A DNA stretch of 48,066 nt. It comes from Elusimicrobiota bacterium. Lineage in GTDB: Bacteria > Elusimicrobiota > Elusimicrobia > 2-01-FULL-59-12. This document shows, piece by piece, positions 7,488-14,942 of this stretch; position 1 is the first letter of the stretch, and each line of letters starts with the position of its first letter. The position numbers and the translations under genes are program-made. The notes under the pieces are model-generated. The model was given only the letters and a program-made list of their open reading frames with translations, did not search any database and was not told where the DNA came from. Location: assembly GCA_038208955.1 (NCBI GenBank), contig JBBQYF010000001.1, positions 1-48,066 on the forward strand, given 5' to 3'.

Positions 7488-8575
7488 TACTCGATACAAA
7501 CCGTTCCCATTGCTTTGCCGTTCACGACGTCATTCTCGCACGTTCCTGCAGGGTTCGTCCAGCCGGCGCATTGTCCCGATGCGGGCTGGCCAGCCGTTAC
7601 CGACGAGTCAGCCACACAAGCGCCCTGGCACTGGGCCGGGTCGTTGCAGGTTTTGTGTCCTTCATGTGTGGGAAAATTGCAGGCGCTTTCCTGGTTCCGT
7701 CCCAACGGGCCCCACTGGCCGCCCAAGGCCTTGCAGGACGCTTCGTCAAACGTGTGACCTTCACTCACGTGCGGCGATATCCCTAATCCTTTCAGCAGCT
7801 CGCGCGCGGTTTCTTGATCGGAGTGCGTCTCTGGAATCTGGTCGGGAGGGGGCGTAAGCGACAAAACGGCTAGCAATTGCCTTTCGCCTTCCGCTTTTAA
7901 GCCGTTGGCAAGCAGGGCCTGCGCGAGCGTGAGATGGTTGATCGCCACGCCCGGTCCGTAGCGTACCGCAAGCCGCGCTTCTTCGAGGGATTTAACTTTA
8001 TCTCCGACGGAAATACTGGCCGGCGCCGAGCGGTAAAATTCAGCCAAAAGCATATGAGCGTAAGCGTAATGCGGATCGATCGCGAGCGCTTTTTTGAGCT
8101 GCGCCACGGCCTGCTTCACTTTGGTCAGCGAGGAAAATCCTTTGTGCGCTTGGGCGTATTGACCGAGCGCTTCGGCGTAGTAAGCTTGCGCATCGGCGCG
8201 ATCCGGATTTTTCGCAGAGGCCTGTTCGCCAAAGTCGAGGGCTTGCTGGGCCCAATGAAGCTTCTCCGACTTGTCGTCAGAATGCCGATAAGCCGCGCTG
8301 CAAGCTTTGGCCAATGGGATGAGCAACTCCGGGTGAGAAGGATTTTCCGTCGATGCCGTTCTCCAAGCGTCGATCGCCTTTTTCATTTCGCCCGGTTTGT
8401 CACGCTGACTCCAGGCGGCTTGCGCTGTCGCATCCAAAGGTGGACCCGCCGCCCGCACCGGAGGCAACGCGCAGGCCAATAAAAAACCAAAGAAAAACCG
8501 TGAGCGACATTTACCCTTTTTGTCTCCCCAGCAGGTCGTAACAACGGAACGGAACGACGGGATTATTTTGGTCAT
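7487..8575 (-). CDS. Secreted TPR-repeat protein with a C-terminal 8-cysteine module
   Basis: N-terminal hydrophobic signal region FFFGFLLACALPPVRAAG. TPR-like helices (AQAYYAEALGQYAQA, KKALAIDPHYAYAHMLLAEFY). The last ~85 aa hold 8 Cys. ATGA overlap with the HAD gene. Confidence 0.7.
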   Translation of the reverse strand: MTKIIPSFRSVVTTCWGDKKGKCRSRFFFGFLLACALPPVRAAGPPLDATAQAAWSQRDKPGEMKKAIDAWRTASTENPSHPELLIPLAKACSAAYRHSDDKSEKLHWAQQALDFGEQASAKNPDRADAQAYYAEALGQYAQAHKGFSSLTKVKQAVAQLKKALAIDPHYAYAHMLLAEFYRSAPASISVGDKVKSLEEARLAVRYGPGVAINHLTLAQALLANGLKAEGERQLLAVLSLTPPPDQIPETHSDQETARELLKGLGISPHVSEGHTFDEASCKALGGQWGPLGRNQESACNFPTHEGHKTCNDPAQCQGACVADSSVTAGQPASGQCAGWTNPAGTCENDVVNGKAMGTVCIE

Positions 8576-9180
8576 AGTAAATCCTCAATGTCGCTTTGGA
8601 GTTGGCGCGCGTTGATGAACTGGTAAGCGCGGATCCCGAGGGAACGCGCCGCCAAGACGTGGGTCTCCAGATCGTCGATGAAAACGGCACGGCACGGCGC
8701 GACGCCCGCCAGCTGCAAAATATATCGAAAAATGGCCGCCTCCGGCTTGCGCAAACCAACGGCGTACGAGGCCACGGGATAATCGAACCATTCGATGAAC
8801 GAGTGCCGACGTTTCACATGCATCCAGTGCATTTCGTTGACGTTGGACAAAATAGCCGTGCGGTAATGATTTTTCAATTGGCGCAGCAACGCCACGGTAT
8901 CGTGCTTCTCCGTAAAAATATTATTCCATACCTCGGTGAAGGCGGCAAAATCGATTTTCTTCAAACCCAATTCGCGAGATAATTCTTTAAAGAAAACTTC
9001 CGGCGAGAAGCGCCCCCGTTCAAAGGCGTCCCAGAGTGGAGTGCCGATAAAGAAATCGTGGATTTGCTTTTCACTCAGCGCACTGTGCAGCCGTAGGCGG
9101 CGAATAACGCGGCGAAAATCGAAATCAATTAAGACCCGGCCTAGGTCAAAGATGATTAAATCGGTATTTTTGTTTTCCAC
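8572..9180 (-). CDS. HAD-superfamily phosphatase, YihX-like
   Basis: LIIFDLGRVLIDFDF, ILSNVN, GLRKPEAAIF and VFIDDL parallel E. coli YihX (FDLGNVIVDIDF, LSNTN, GMRKPEARIY, VFFDD; from memory). A GTG start at 9180 is chosen; the 245-aa track ORF has an implausible N-terminus. Confidence 0.8.
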   Translation of the reverse strand: MENKNTDLIIFDLGRVLIDFDFRRVIRRLRLHSALSEKQIHDFFIGTPLWDAFERGRFSPEVFFKELSRELGLKKIDFAAFTEVWNNIFTEKHDTVALLRQLKNHYRTAILSNVNEMHWMHVKRRHSFIEWFDYPVASYAVGLRKPEAAIFRYILQLAGVAPCRAVFIDDLETHVLAARSLGIRAYQFINARQLQSDIEDLL

Positions 9181-9727
9181 GCTTTTTCTTTGGGTTTTTC
9201 TTATGGGGGTGCCGCACCGGCGTGGATTTCGTCCACGCCTTATTCCACAGCACCTCGAATTGATCACTGTAAGCATTGACGATCCCGAGATCGTCTTCAA
9301 AAAGCGCATTTTCGTAGTTCACGTATTCGGCGCCGCTCGTCCAATTGAACGATCCCGTCACGAGGTGATCGCGGTCGAAAACGGCGAACTTGTTGTGCAT
9401 CGCTCCATGACGGCCTTGACGACCGCCGAGCGTACGGATTTGCAAAAGCGGGTTCCAACCTTCTGCCACGAGCGGTGGGGTATGCCCTTCGCTCGTTAAA
9501 AGCCTGACCGAGACGCCTCTTTGGGCCGCGCGACGCAAGGCCTGGGCCAAGACCGGTGACGACAATTCGAAAAGCGCTGCATCCAGGAAACGACGGCTGC
9601 CATCAATGGCCGTTAAAACTTGCAGCTGGACGTCGTCATGCGAAGAAAAGTAAACGTGCGGAACGGCCATGGCCTGGGTGGTAGCGATTAATAAGAGGGC
9701 GGCAATCGAATAGCCCGATCGGTTCAT
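9146..9727 (-). CDS. Signal-peptide-bearing single-HKD phospholipase D-family nuclease (Nuc-like)
   Basis: Signal peptide MNRSGYSIAALLLIATTQAMA. HKD motif HNKFAVFDRDHLVTGSFNWTSGAEYVNYEN. About 190 aa, as in Nuc-type dimers. ATGA overlap with the upstream nuclease gene. Confidence 0.85.
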   Translation of the reverse strand: MNRSGYSIAALLLIATTQAMAVPHVYFSSHDDVQLQVLTAIDGSRRFLDAALFELSSPVLAQALRRAAQRGVSVRLLTSEGHTPPLVAEGWNPLLQIRTLGGRQGRHGAMHNKFAVFDRDHLVTGSFNWTSGAEYVNYENALFEDDLGIVNAYSDQFEVLWNKAWTKSTPVRHPHKKNPKKKRGKQKYRFNHL

Positions 9728-10944
9728 GACTTCTTAAGAAGGGATACCGTCTTGCGCGTGGTACGGGGAATTAAACCCAGGATGGACTTTACCAGCGCCT
9801 CGGGCCATTTGTTGCGCTTTACGGCATACTTCAGCATCGCCCCGTTGACGGTCGATACATCCTCAAGCTTGCCGGCATTTTTGAGCGTGGTCCGCAGAAG
9901 CTCCCAGGCGAACGGGTCTTCCGCTTTCCGTGGCACCTTCCAGTCATCGTCGGAGCGAACAAGTAGGCGGTAGTCGGGGCCGTCGATCGTCATCAATCCT
10001 TCGCGGTCGGCGTAAGCCACGACCGCTTCTTCCATTTGCTTCTGCTCGGATTCGAGCATCTTGATCGCGGCTTGATGATCGTTTTTTTGGCTTTCAAGCG
10101 CGGCATACTGTTGCACAAGCTGCACACCCGTATTTTGCAAGTATTCGTTTGGGGTCAGCGCTTCCATCTCGACGGGGTGTTTGTGGGCCGGACACAGCGG
10201 ACGGTATTCGCACCACTCGCATAGCCGGCTCACGCGAACGTCCCATCGCCCGACCTGCGCCTCGGCTTCGATCTGGTGGATGACGGCCAACACTTCTTTT
10301 TCAAGCGTCTCTAGGTCGGCTCGGGTGCGCGTCGAGACGATCGTTTTGTCGAATACAAGGTAATGCCAAACCAAGCGAATATTTTTGGCGTCCGGCCAGC
10401 GCTGCATTAATCCCAGCTGATACAAAGCGAGCTGACGGTCCTGATCGGCTTCTTCCTGAGTAGGCAGCGAATTGCCTGTTTTGTAGTCGTGGATCTCATA
10501 CATTTCTGTGCCGGGGTGCCAGCTCAGTCGGTCGATATAACCTTGCAAGGCATAAGTCTTCGTTCCTTCCGTTAATTTGAATTCAATGCGCTCTTCTAAG
10601 CCGAGCGTTTTCGTTTGATCGAAGGGGTGATAGCGCTTGTAATAATCGCTCAAACACTGTCGACCCAGCCCGAAGTAATGACCGGGGGTAAAATCGGTAC
10701 GGACGACGCGGATATCGGAGTGCCAGTTTTTCTCCCACTGGCTTTCGTAGAAAGCAAGGATGTCTTCCAGCGAATTGAGCTTCGTTAACTTGAGGTCGCG
10801 GTAAAGCTTTTCCAAGCTTTCATGGACGCGTTTGCCGACGAAGGCTTCGATGCCCTCCGTGTCCATGCGCAGATTGTCGACATAACGAAATTTATATTTC
10901 CGCGGGCATTGCTCGAACGATTCGATGCGGGAATTGGAGTACAT
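9724..10944 (-). CDS. PD-(D/E)XK (RecB/AddB/Cas4-type) nuclease with a 4-Cys cluster and a C-terminal extension
   Basis: N-terminal Cys in FEQCPRKYKF. GYIDRL...EIHDYKTG (D...DxK). QLALYQL (QxxxY). CEWCEYRPLC (CxxCx5C). The start is set at the MYSN ATG (10944) to avoid a 50-nt overlap with the PCD gene. Confidence 0.8.
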   Translation of the reverse strand: MYSNSRIESFEQCPRKYKFRYVDNLRMDTEGIEAFVGKRVHESLEKLYRDLKLTKLNSLEDILAFYESQWEKNWHSDIRVVRTDFTPGHYFGLGRQCLSDYYKRYHPFDQTKTLGLEERIEFKLTEGTKTYALQGYIDRLSWHPGTEMYEIHDYKTGNSLPTQEEADQDRQLALYQLGLMQRWPDAKNIRLVWHYLVFDKTIVSTRTRADLETLEKEVLAVIHQIEAEAQVGRWDVRVSRLCEWCEYRPLCPAHKHPVEMEALTPNEYLQNTGVQLVQQYAALESQKNDHQAAIKMLESEQKQMEEAVVAYADREGLMTIDGPDYRLLVRSDDDWKVPRKAEDPFAWELLRTTLKNAGKLEDVSTVNGAMLKYAVKRNKWPEALVKSILGLIPRTTRKTVSLLKKS

Positions 10945-10987
10945 AAAAGGGTCATCTCTTAGAGCCGTGAGCCGCCGGTTTATTCGC

Positions 10988-11266
10988 TCACCGATCGATG
11001 CGAGAGGCGAGCGTAAAATCCTTTTTCGTGAGGCCACCCGCCGAGTGCGTCGAAAGAGTCAACGTCACCTCTTTATAGTGCACCAGGATATCCGGGTGAT
11101 GGTCCATGCGCTCGGCTTCCCGGGCGACATAGTTCACAAATACCATCGCGGGTAGGAAACCCGAGAAGGTAAAGGTTTTTCGGAGAAGGCCGTTAGCCAC
11201 CCTCCATCCCTTGAGCGCGCGCAAAAGAGTGCGGACCTCGGCTGCTGATAATCGTTGACGAGTCAT
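10988..11266 (-). CDS. phhB: Pterin-4-alpha-carbinolamine dehydratase
   Basis: 92 aa. The MDHHPDILVHYKEVTLTLSTHSAGGLT signature (HHP...W/Y..V...L.TH) is typical of the PCD/DCoH family. Confidence 0.88.
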   Translation of the reverse strand: MTRQRLSAAEVRTLLRALKGWRVANGLLRKTFTFSGFLPAMVFVNYVAREAERMDHHPDILVHYKEVTLTLSTHSAGGLTKKDFTLASRIDR

Positions 11267-11317
11267 GAGATACTACCGTCGAGAAGGATTATACAAACAG
11301 ATTCCTGAAGCCAATGC

Positions 11318-11346
11318 TTGGCAGCGTCGCTCCTACAAGATAAAAT
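11318..11346 (+). promoter_or_regulatory. Sigma-70-like promoter candidate (TTGGCA-N17-TAAAAT) placing the TSS at an in-frame ATG
   Basis: -35 TTGGCA at 11318-11323, a 17-nt spacer, -10 TAAAAT at 11341-11346. The ATG at 11354 lies 7 nt downstream of the -10. Confidence 0.45.
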
Positions 11347-12118
11347 GCTTCTGATGAGCATTAGTTCCCGATTGGCGTCGGTCGTAGTGGTCGCGGCTTT
11401 CCTGCCGGGTTGCGCGACGGTTCCCTATACCAACCGCAACCAGTTCAATATCGTTTCGCCTTCCCAAGAAGATCAGGTAGGGGCTCTCGCTTATACTGAC
11501 GTAAAGACCAAAAACAAAATTTCCTCTGACCCGGCACTGAATGCCCAAGTCGAACGTGTGGGCCGGAGGATTGCCGAGGCCGCGAACCGGCCCGATTACC
11601 ATTGGGAATTTACGGTGATCGACGATCCTAAAACGATCAACGCCTTTTGCCTGCCGGGCGGGCGCATTGCGGTCTATACCGGTATTCTCCCGCTCACCAA
11701 AGACGATAATGGACTGGCCGTCGTGCTGGGTCACGAAACGGCTCACGCCCTGGCGCGTCATGGCGCCGAACGAATGAGCGAACAACAACTGACGGGATTC
11801 CTCGAGCAGGTGGCGGTATCGGCCGGGGTTATTCAGAACAGCGGCGCGCTCTCGCTGGTCAACATGGCCTATGGAATCGGCGTGGGGTTGCCGCATAACC
11901 GTAAACAGGAGTCCGAAGCCGACCACATCGGATTAATTCTCATGGCGAAGGCCGGCTACGACCCCCGCGGCGCGGTCGCCTTCTGGCAACGCATGTCCGG
12001 GGCCAATTCCGGCCAAGCCCCACCGGTATTTCTCTCCGACCATCCTGCCGACGCACAACGTATTTCCAACATCCAACAACAAGTCCCTGAGGCTTTAACG
12101 TATTACAAGCCGCGGTAA
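11345..12118 (+). CDS. M48-family zinc metallopeptidase lipoprotein
   Basis: Lipobox FLPGC, HExxH in LGHETAHAL, and a downstream ESEAD. The start may be 11345, or 11354 if the mRNA is leaderless. Confidence 0.85.
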   Translation: MLLMSISSRLASVVVVAAFLPGCATVPYTNRNQFNIVSPSQEDQVGALAYTDVKTKNKISSDPALNAQVERVGRRIAEAANRPDYHWEFTVIDDPKTINAFCLPGGRIAVYTGILPLTKDDNGLAVVLGHETAHALARHGAERMSEQQLTGFLEQVAVSAGVIQNSGALSLVNMAYGIGVGLPHNRKQESEADHIGLILMAKAGYDPRGAVAFWQRMSGANSGQAPPVFLSDHPADAQRISNIQQQVPEALTYYKPR

Positions 12119-12131
12119 CAGCGGTTAGGCG

Positions 12132-12584
12132 TTACAACCATTTCTTTTTAAATTCGTCCGTGATGTCGTGAAGATCGTCGGGTAAACTGGGCGGATGCGA
12201 GGGCAGAGATTTTTTACGCGCGGCCTGAATGAACGCGTCGGAGGTGACCACCTTAGCGCCCGTCCCTCGAACCAGGGTGTGAATGCCGCGGTCGTTCGAG
12301 ACAACCACGACAATTCGTGGATTGGCGACGGAGCGGACCTTGGCGCTGATCCAATCATCGGCGGTTTCACCTGCGGTGTAGACGATCTCGAGTTGCGCCG
12401 ACGTCGATCGGTCGCCCAAGCCTTGCCGGCTGTCGAAGACAATGGTTAAGGAATTATTTCCCTGGGGACGATTCGTCGAGATCCATTCAACGAGGGCGGC
12501 TCGTTTTGCCTCCCAGGAACCGGTGGGAATCTCGGGTAGCGCAAAAAGCAGATTGAACCCGTCAACCAAATAGTGAAGAGACAT
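12132..12584 (-). CDS. YacP/Rae1-like NYN-domain ribonuclease
   Basis: YLVDGFN, TIVFDS, EIVYTAGETADDWI and VVVSND parallel B. subtilis YacP (LLVDGYN, VVFDA, EVIFTKENETADERI, VATSD; from memory). Confidence 0.75.
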   Translation of the reverse strand: MSLHYLVDGFNLLFALPEIPTGSWEAKRAALVEWISTNRPQGNNSLTIVFDSRQGLGDRSTSAQLEIVYTAGETADDWISAKVRSVANPRIVVVVSNDRGIHTLVRGTGAKVVTSDAFIQAARKKSLPSHPPSLPDDLHDITDEFKKKWL

Positions 12585-12587
12585 CGT

Positions 12588-13031
12588 TTAAAAGGGAGGC
12601 TGGTTCAGCGTGAGCCAATAACGGCCCGTTTCCCCGACCGATTGCGTAAACTTGGCGAAATCGACGGGTTTGACGACGTAGCTATTGACCCCCAACTCGT
12701 AGCACTCGGAGATGTCGCGTTCTTGCTGGGAGGAGGTCAGGACGACCACAGGGATCTTCTTTGTCAACCGTTGAGATTTAATCCGCCGGAGCACTTCGAG
12801 ACCACTTATTTTGGGCAGTTTTAAATCCAAAAAAATCACCTTCGGAAGTTTTTGGAGTTCGCGTCCCGCATAGACACCGGTGGCAAAAAGAAAGTCGAGC
12901 GCCTCGGCGCCATCTTTGACGACATGCAAATGCTGCGCGATGTCCTGCTTCTTGAGCGCTCGGGTCGTCAGCTCCATATCGCTGTCGTTGTCTTCGACAA
13001 GTAGCACGTCGACGGCATCCAGCCTATCCAT
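12588..13031 (-). CDS. Single-domain response regulator (REC only, CheY/Rcp1-like)
   Basis: VLLVEDNDSD, phospho-acceptor context IFLDLKLP, VVVLTSS, NSYVVKP. There is no output domain. The start overlaps the kinase stop. Confidence 0.9.
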   Translation of the reverse strand: MDRLDAVDVLLVEDNDSDMELTTRALKKQDIAQHLHVVKDGAEALDFLFATGVYAGRELQKLPKVIFLDLKLPKISGLEVLRRIKSQRLTKKIPVVVLTSSQQERDISECYELGVNSYVVKPVDFAKFTQSVGETGRYWLTLNQPPF

Positions 13032-14185
13032 TATCCCTCCCCGGCGGCCGGCAATGGCAAACTAAAGTAAAACTTCGCGCCCGCATGCACGCGTCCCTCG
13101 GCCCACACCCGGCCCCCATGTTTTTGGATAATTCGCTGAACGATCGCCAGTCCGACGCCCGTGCCCTCGAATCGGTCGCTCGTATGCAGGCGCTCGAAAA
13201 CACCGAACAGCTTGTCCGCGTAGCGCATGTCAAATCCTACACCGTTATCATGCACGTGGTAAATGATCTCCCGATCGGTTTTTTTGGATCCGATCTCGAT
13301 GCAGGCGGCGGGGCTTAAACGCGTGAATTTGAAGGCGTTGCTAATTAAGTTCACCAATACTTGGCGCAACAAGGCTTTGTCGCCATACGCATCCTCAAGG
13401 GGGTGAAACTTAATCGTGGCCGGACGGTCGTCTAATTTTTGTTGATCCGCGACAACGGATTTTGCCAGGTCGTCCATCGGAACGCGGGATTTCCCGATGC
13501 TTTTCGACCCAATCCGCGCAAACGCCAGCAAGTCGTCGATGAGCTGCGACATTTGCAGCGTGTTGGCGCGAATAATATTTAGCAGGCGCCGGTCTTCGTC
13601 GTTTAAGTGGGCGGCCGCCTCCTCCAGTAATATCTGCGCAAACCCTTCGATGGCACGCAGCGGCGCGCGGAGGTCATGAGAAACGGAATAAGTGAACGAT
13701 TCAAGTTCCTGGTTTTTGGCCATCAAGGTTGTATTGGCTTGTTGCAGCGCTTCGGCGGCCTGGCGTCGGTCGGTGATGTCTTCGGAAATGCCGAGTAAAT
13801 ATTGGGGCTCTCCCGCTTCGTTGAGAATCGGAATTTTTTTAGTATGAAGAATGCGGACACCCCTTCGGGTGTGAATCGGTTCCTCGGCGATCTCGACGAG
13901 TTTGCCTCGCGCCAGCACGTCTCGGTCTTTCTGTGTGAAAAAGTCGGCTTCATCTTTCGGGAAAAAGTCGTAGTCGTTTTTGCCGATCACTTCGCGTGTC
14001 GTGACTCCAAGAAGCTTCAGTCCTGCCTTATTGAAACGCACGAACCGCAGATCCTTCGCGTCTTTGACAAAAATCATATCCGGAATATTCTCGAGGATTG
14101 AATTAAGGAATACCTCATGCTGGCGGGGGTCGAGGGATTTGCGCGAGTGCTTTGGCGCCTGCCGGCGGCGCTTGGGTGCGGCCAT
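13031..14185 (-). CDS. Soluble PAS-domain sensor histidine kinase
   Basis: PAS region (ILENIPDMIFVKD...LGISEDITDRR), H-box SVSHDLRAPL, N/G boxes NLISNAFKF, DNGVGF and GTGVGLAI. No TM segments. Confidence 0.9.
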   Translation of the reverse strand: MAAPKRRRQAPKHSRKSLDPRQHEVFLNSILENIPDMIFVKDAKDLRFVRFNKAGLKLLGVTTREVIGKNDYDFFPKDEADFFTQKDRDVLARGKLVEIAEEPIHTRRGVRILHTKKIPILNEAGEPQYLLGISEDITDRRQAAEALQQANTTLMAKNQELESFTYSVSHDLRAPLRAIEGFAQILLEEAAAHLNDEDRRLLNIIRANTLQMSQLIDDLLAFARIGSKSIGKSRVPMDDLAKSVVADQQKLDDRPATIKFHPLEDAYGDKALLRQVLVNLISNAFKFTRLSPAACIEIGSKKTDREIIYHVHDNGVGFDMRYADKLFGVFERLHTSDRFEGTGVGLAIVQRIIQKHGGRVWAEGRVHAGAKFYFSLPLPAAGEG

Positions 14186-14204
14186 GCAGGAATTATAACA
14201 GGAC

Positions 14205-14690
14205 TTAGAAGCGGGCGGAAGCGACCAGGCGGATCGAGGAAGCTTCTATGGCGCTCCGTGACAATTTTAATTCGTAGTCGCCCAGCGAGTTCATCGCCCA
14301 GGGAGCGCCGGAGACCGCTTGGTTATGCAGAAGGGGAACATCCAAGCGCGTGGTGAAAAGGCTGCCGACGGGCGCCATATAACTCAGGCCGATCATACAG
14401 GGGTGCTGCGCGGCCGGAACCCGCGATCGCGACGCCACATGCTCAATTTGAAGTTCCTTAAAATTGACGTGGACTTTGTAGTTGTCTCCCATCAGGAAAG
14501 AATGGGGAATCGCTCTTACGATAGGAAGTGAATTAAAAAAGTCTTCGGGTGAATGGTACGCGCTTTCCTGGGACTTAATCTGCGAGGTATAGTTCATCGG
14601 CATGGCTTGGAGGGCTGAAGCGCCTAAAAAACGTAGCCCGATTAGTACGGTTGCGCTCAGCCTTATCCATCCGCATCGTCTCATACCCAT
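14205..14690 (-). CDS. Small secreted / outer-membrane-like hypothetical protein
   Basis: N-terminal signal-like segment. The C-terminus IRLVASARF has hydrophobic residues at positions -1,-3,-5,-7,-9 with a terminal Phe (OMP beta-signal pattern). It ends 19 nt upstream of the kinase start. Confidence 0.4.
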   Translation of the reverse strand: MGMRRCGWIRLSATVLIGLRFLGASALQAMPMNYTSQIKSQESAYHSPEDFFNSLPIVRAIPHSFLMGDNYKVHVNFKELQIEHVASRSRVPAAQHPCMIGLSYMAPVGSLFTTRLDVPLLHNQAVSGAPWAMNSLGDYELKLSRSAIEASSIRLVASARF

Positions 14691-14875
14691 TTGTATCAGG
14701 CCCGTATTACGCAGGCGTTGCGGGAGAATGAACAGCAGGTTAAATTTAATAATTAAGAACCATTCTATTCTCGGGCGGAGGAATGTTAATGAACGTTAAC
14801 AGGGTGCCCTACAGCGGTCTCGAGGGTGGTTCTCATGCAAGGCGGTTGAAAAAAAAGGTTGGATCGATGACGCAT

Positions 14876-14895
14876 CGTCGGCGATACCGCCGACG
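14876..14895 (-). terminator. Hairpin downstream of gatB (weak terminator candidate)
   Basis: CGTCGGCG-ATAC-CGCCGACG 8-bp GC stem. On the minus strand a T8 run (14849-14856) follows only after 19 nt, so this is non-canonical. Confidence 0.3.
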
Positions 14896-14942
14896 GAACG
14901 GCCATTTTGCCGCTGATCCTGGGGCTCCCAGATGATCGAAGA

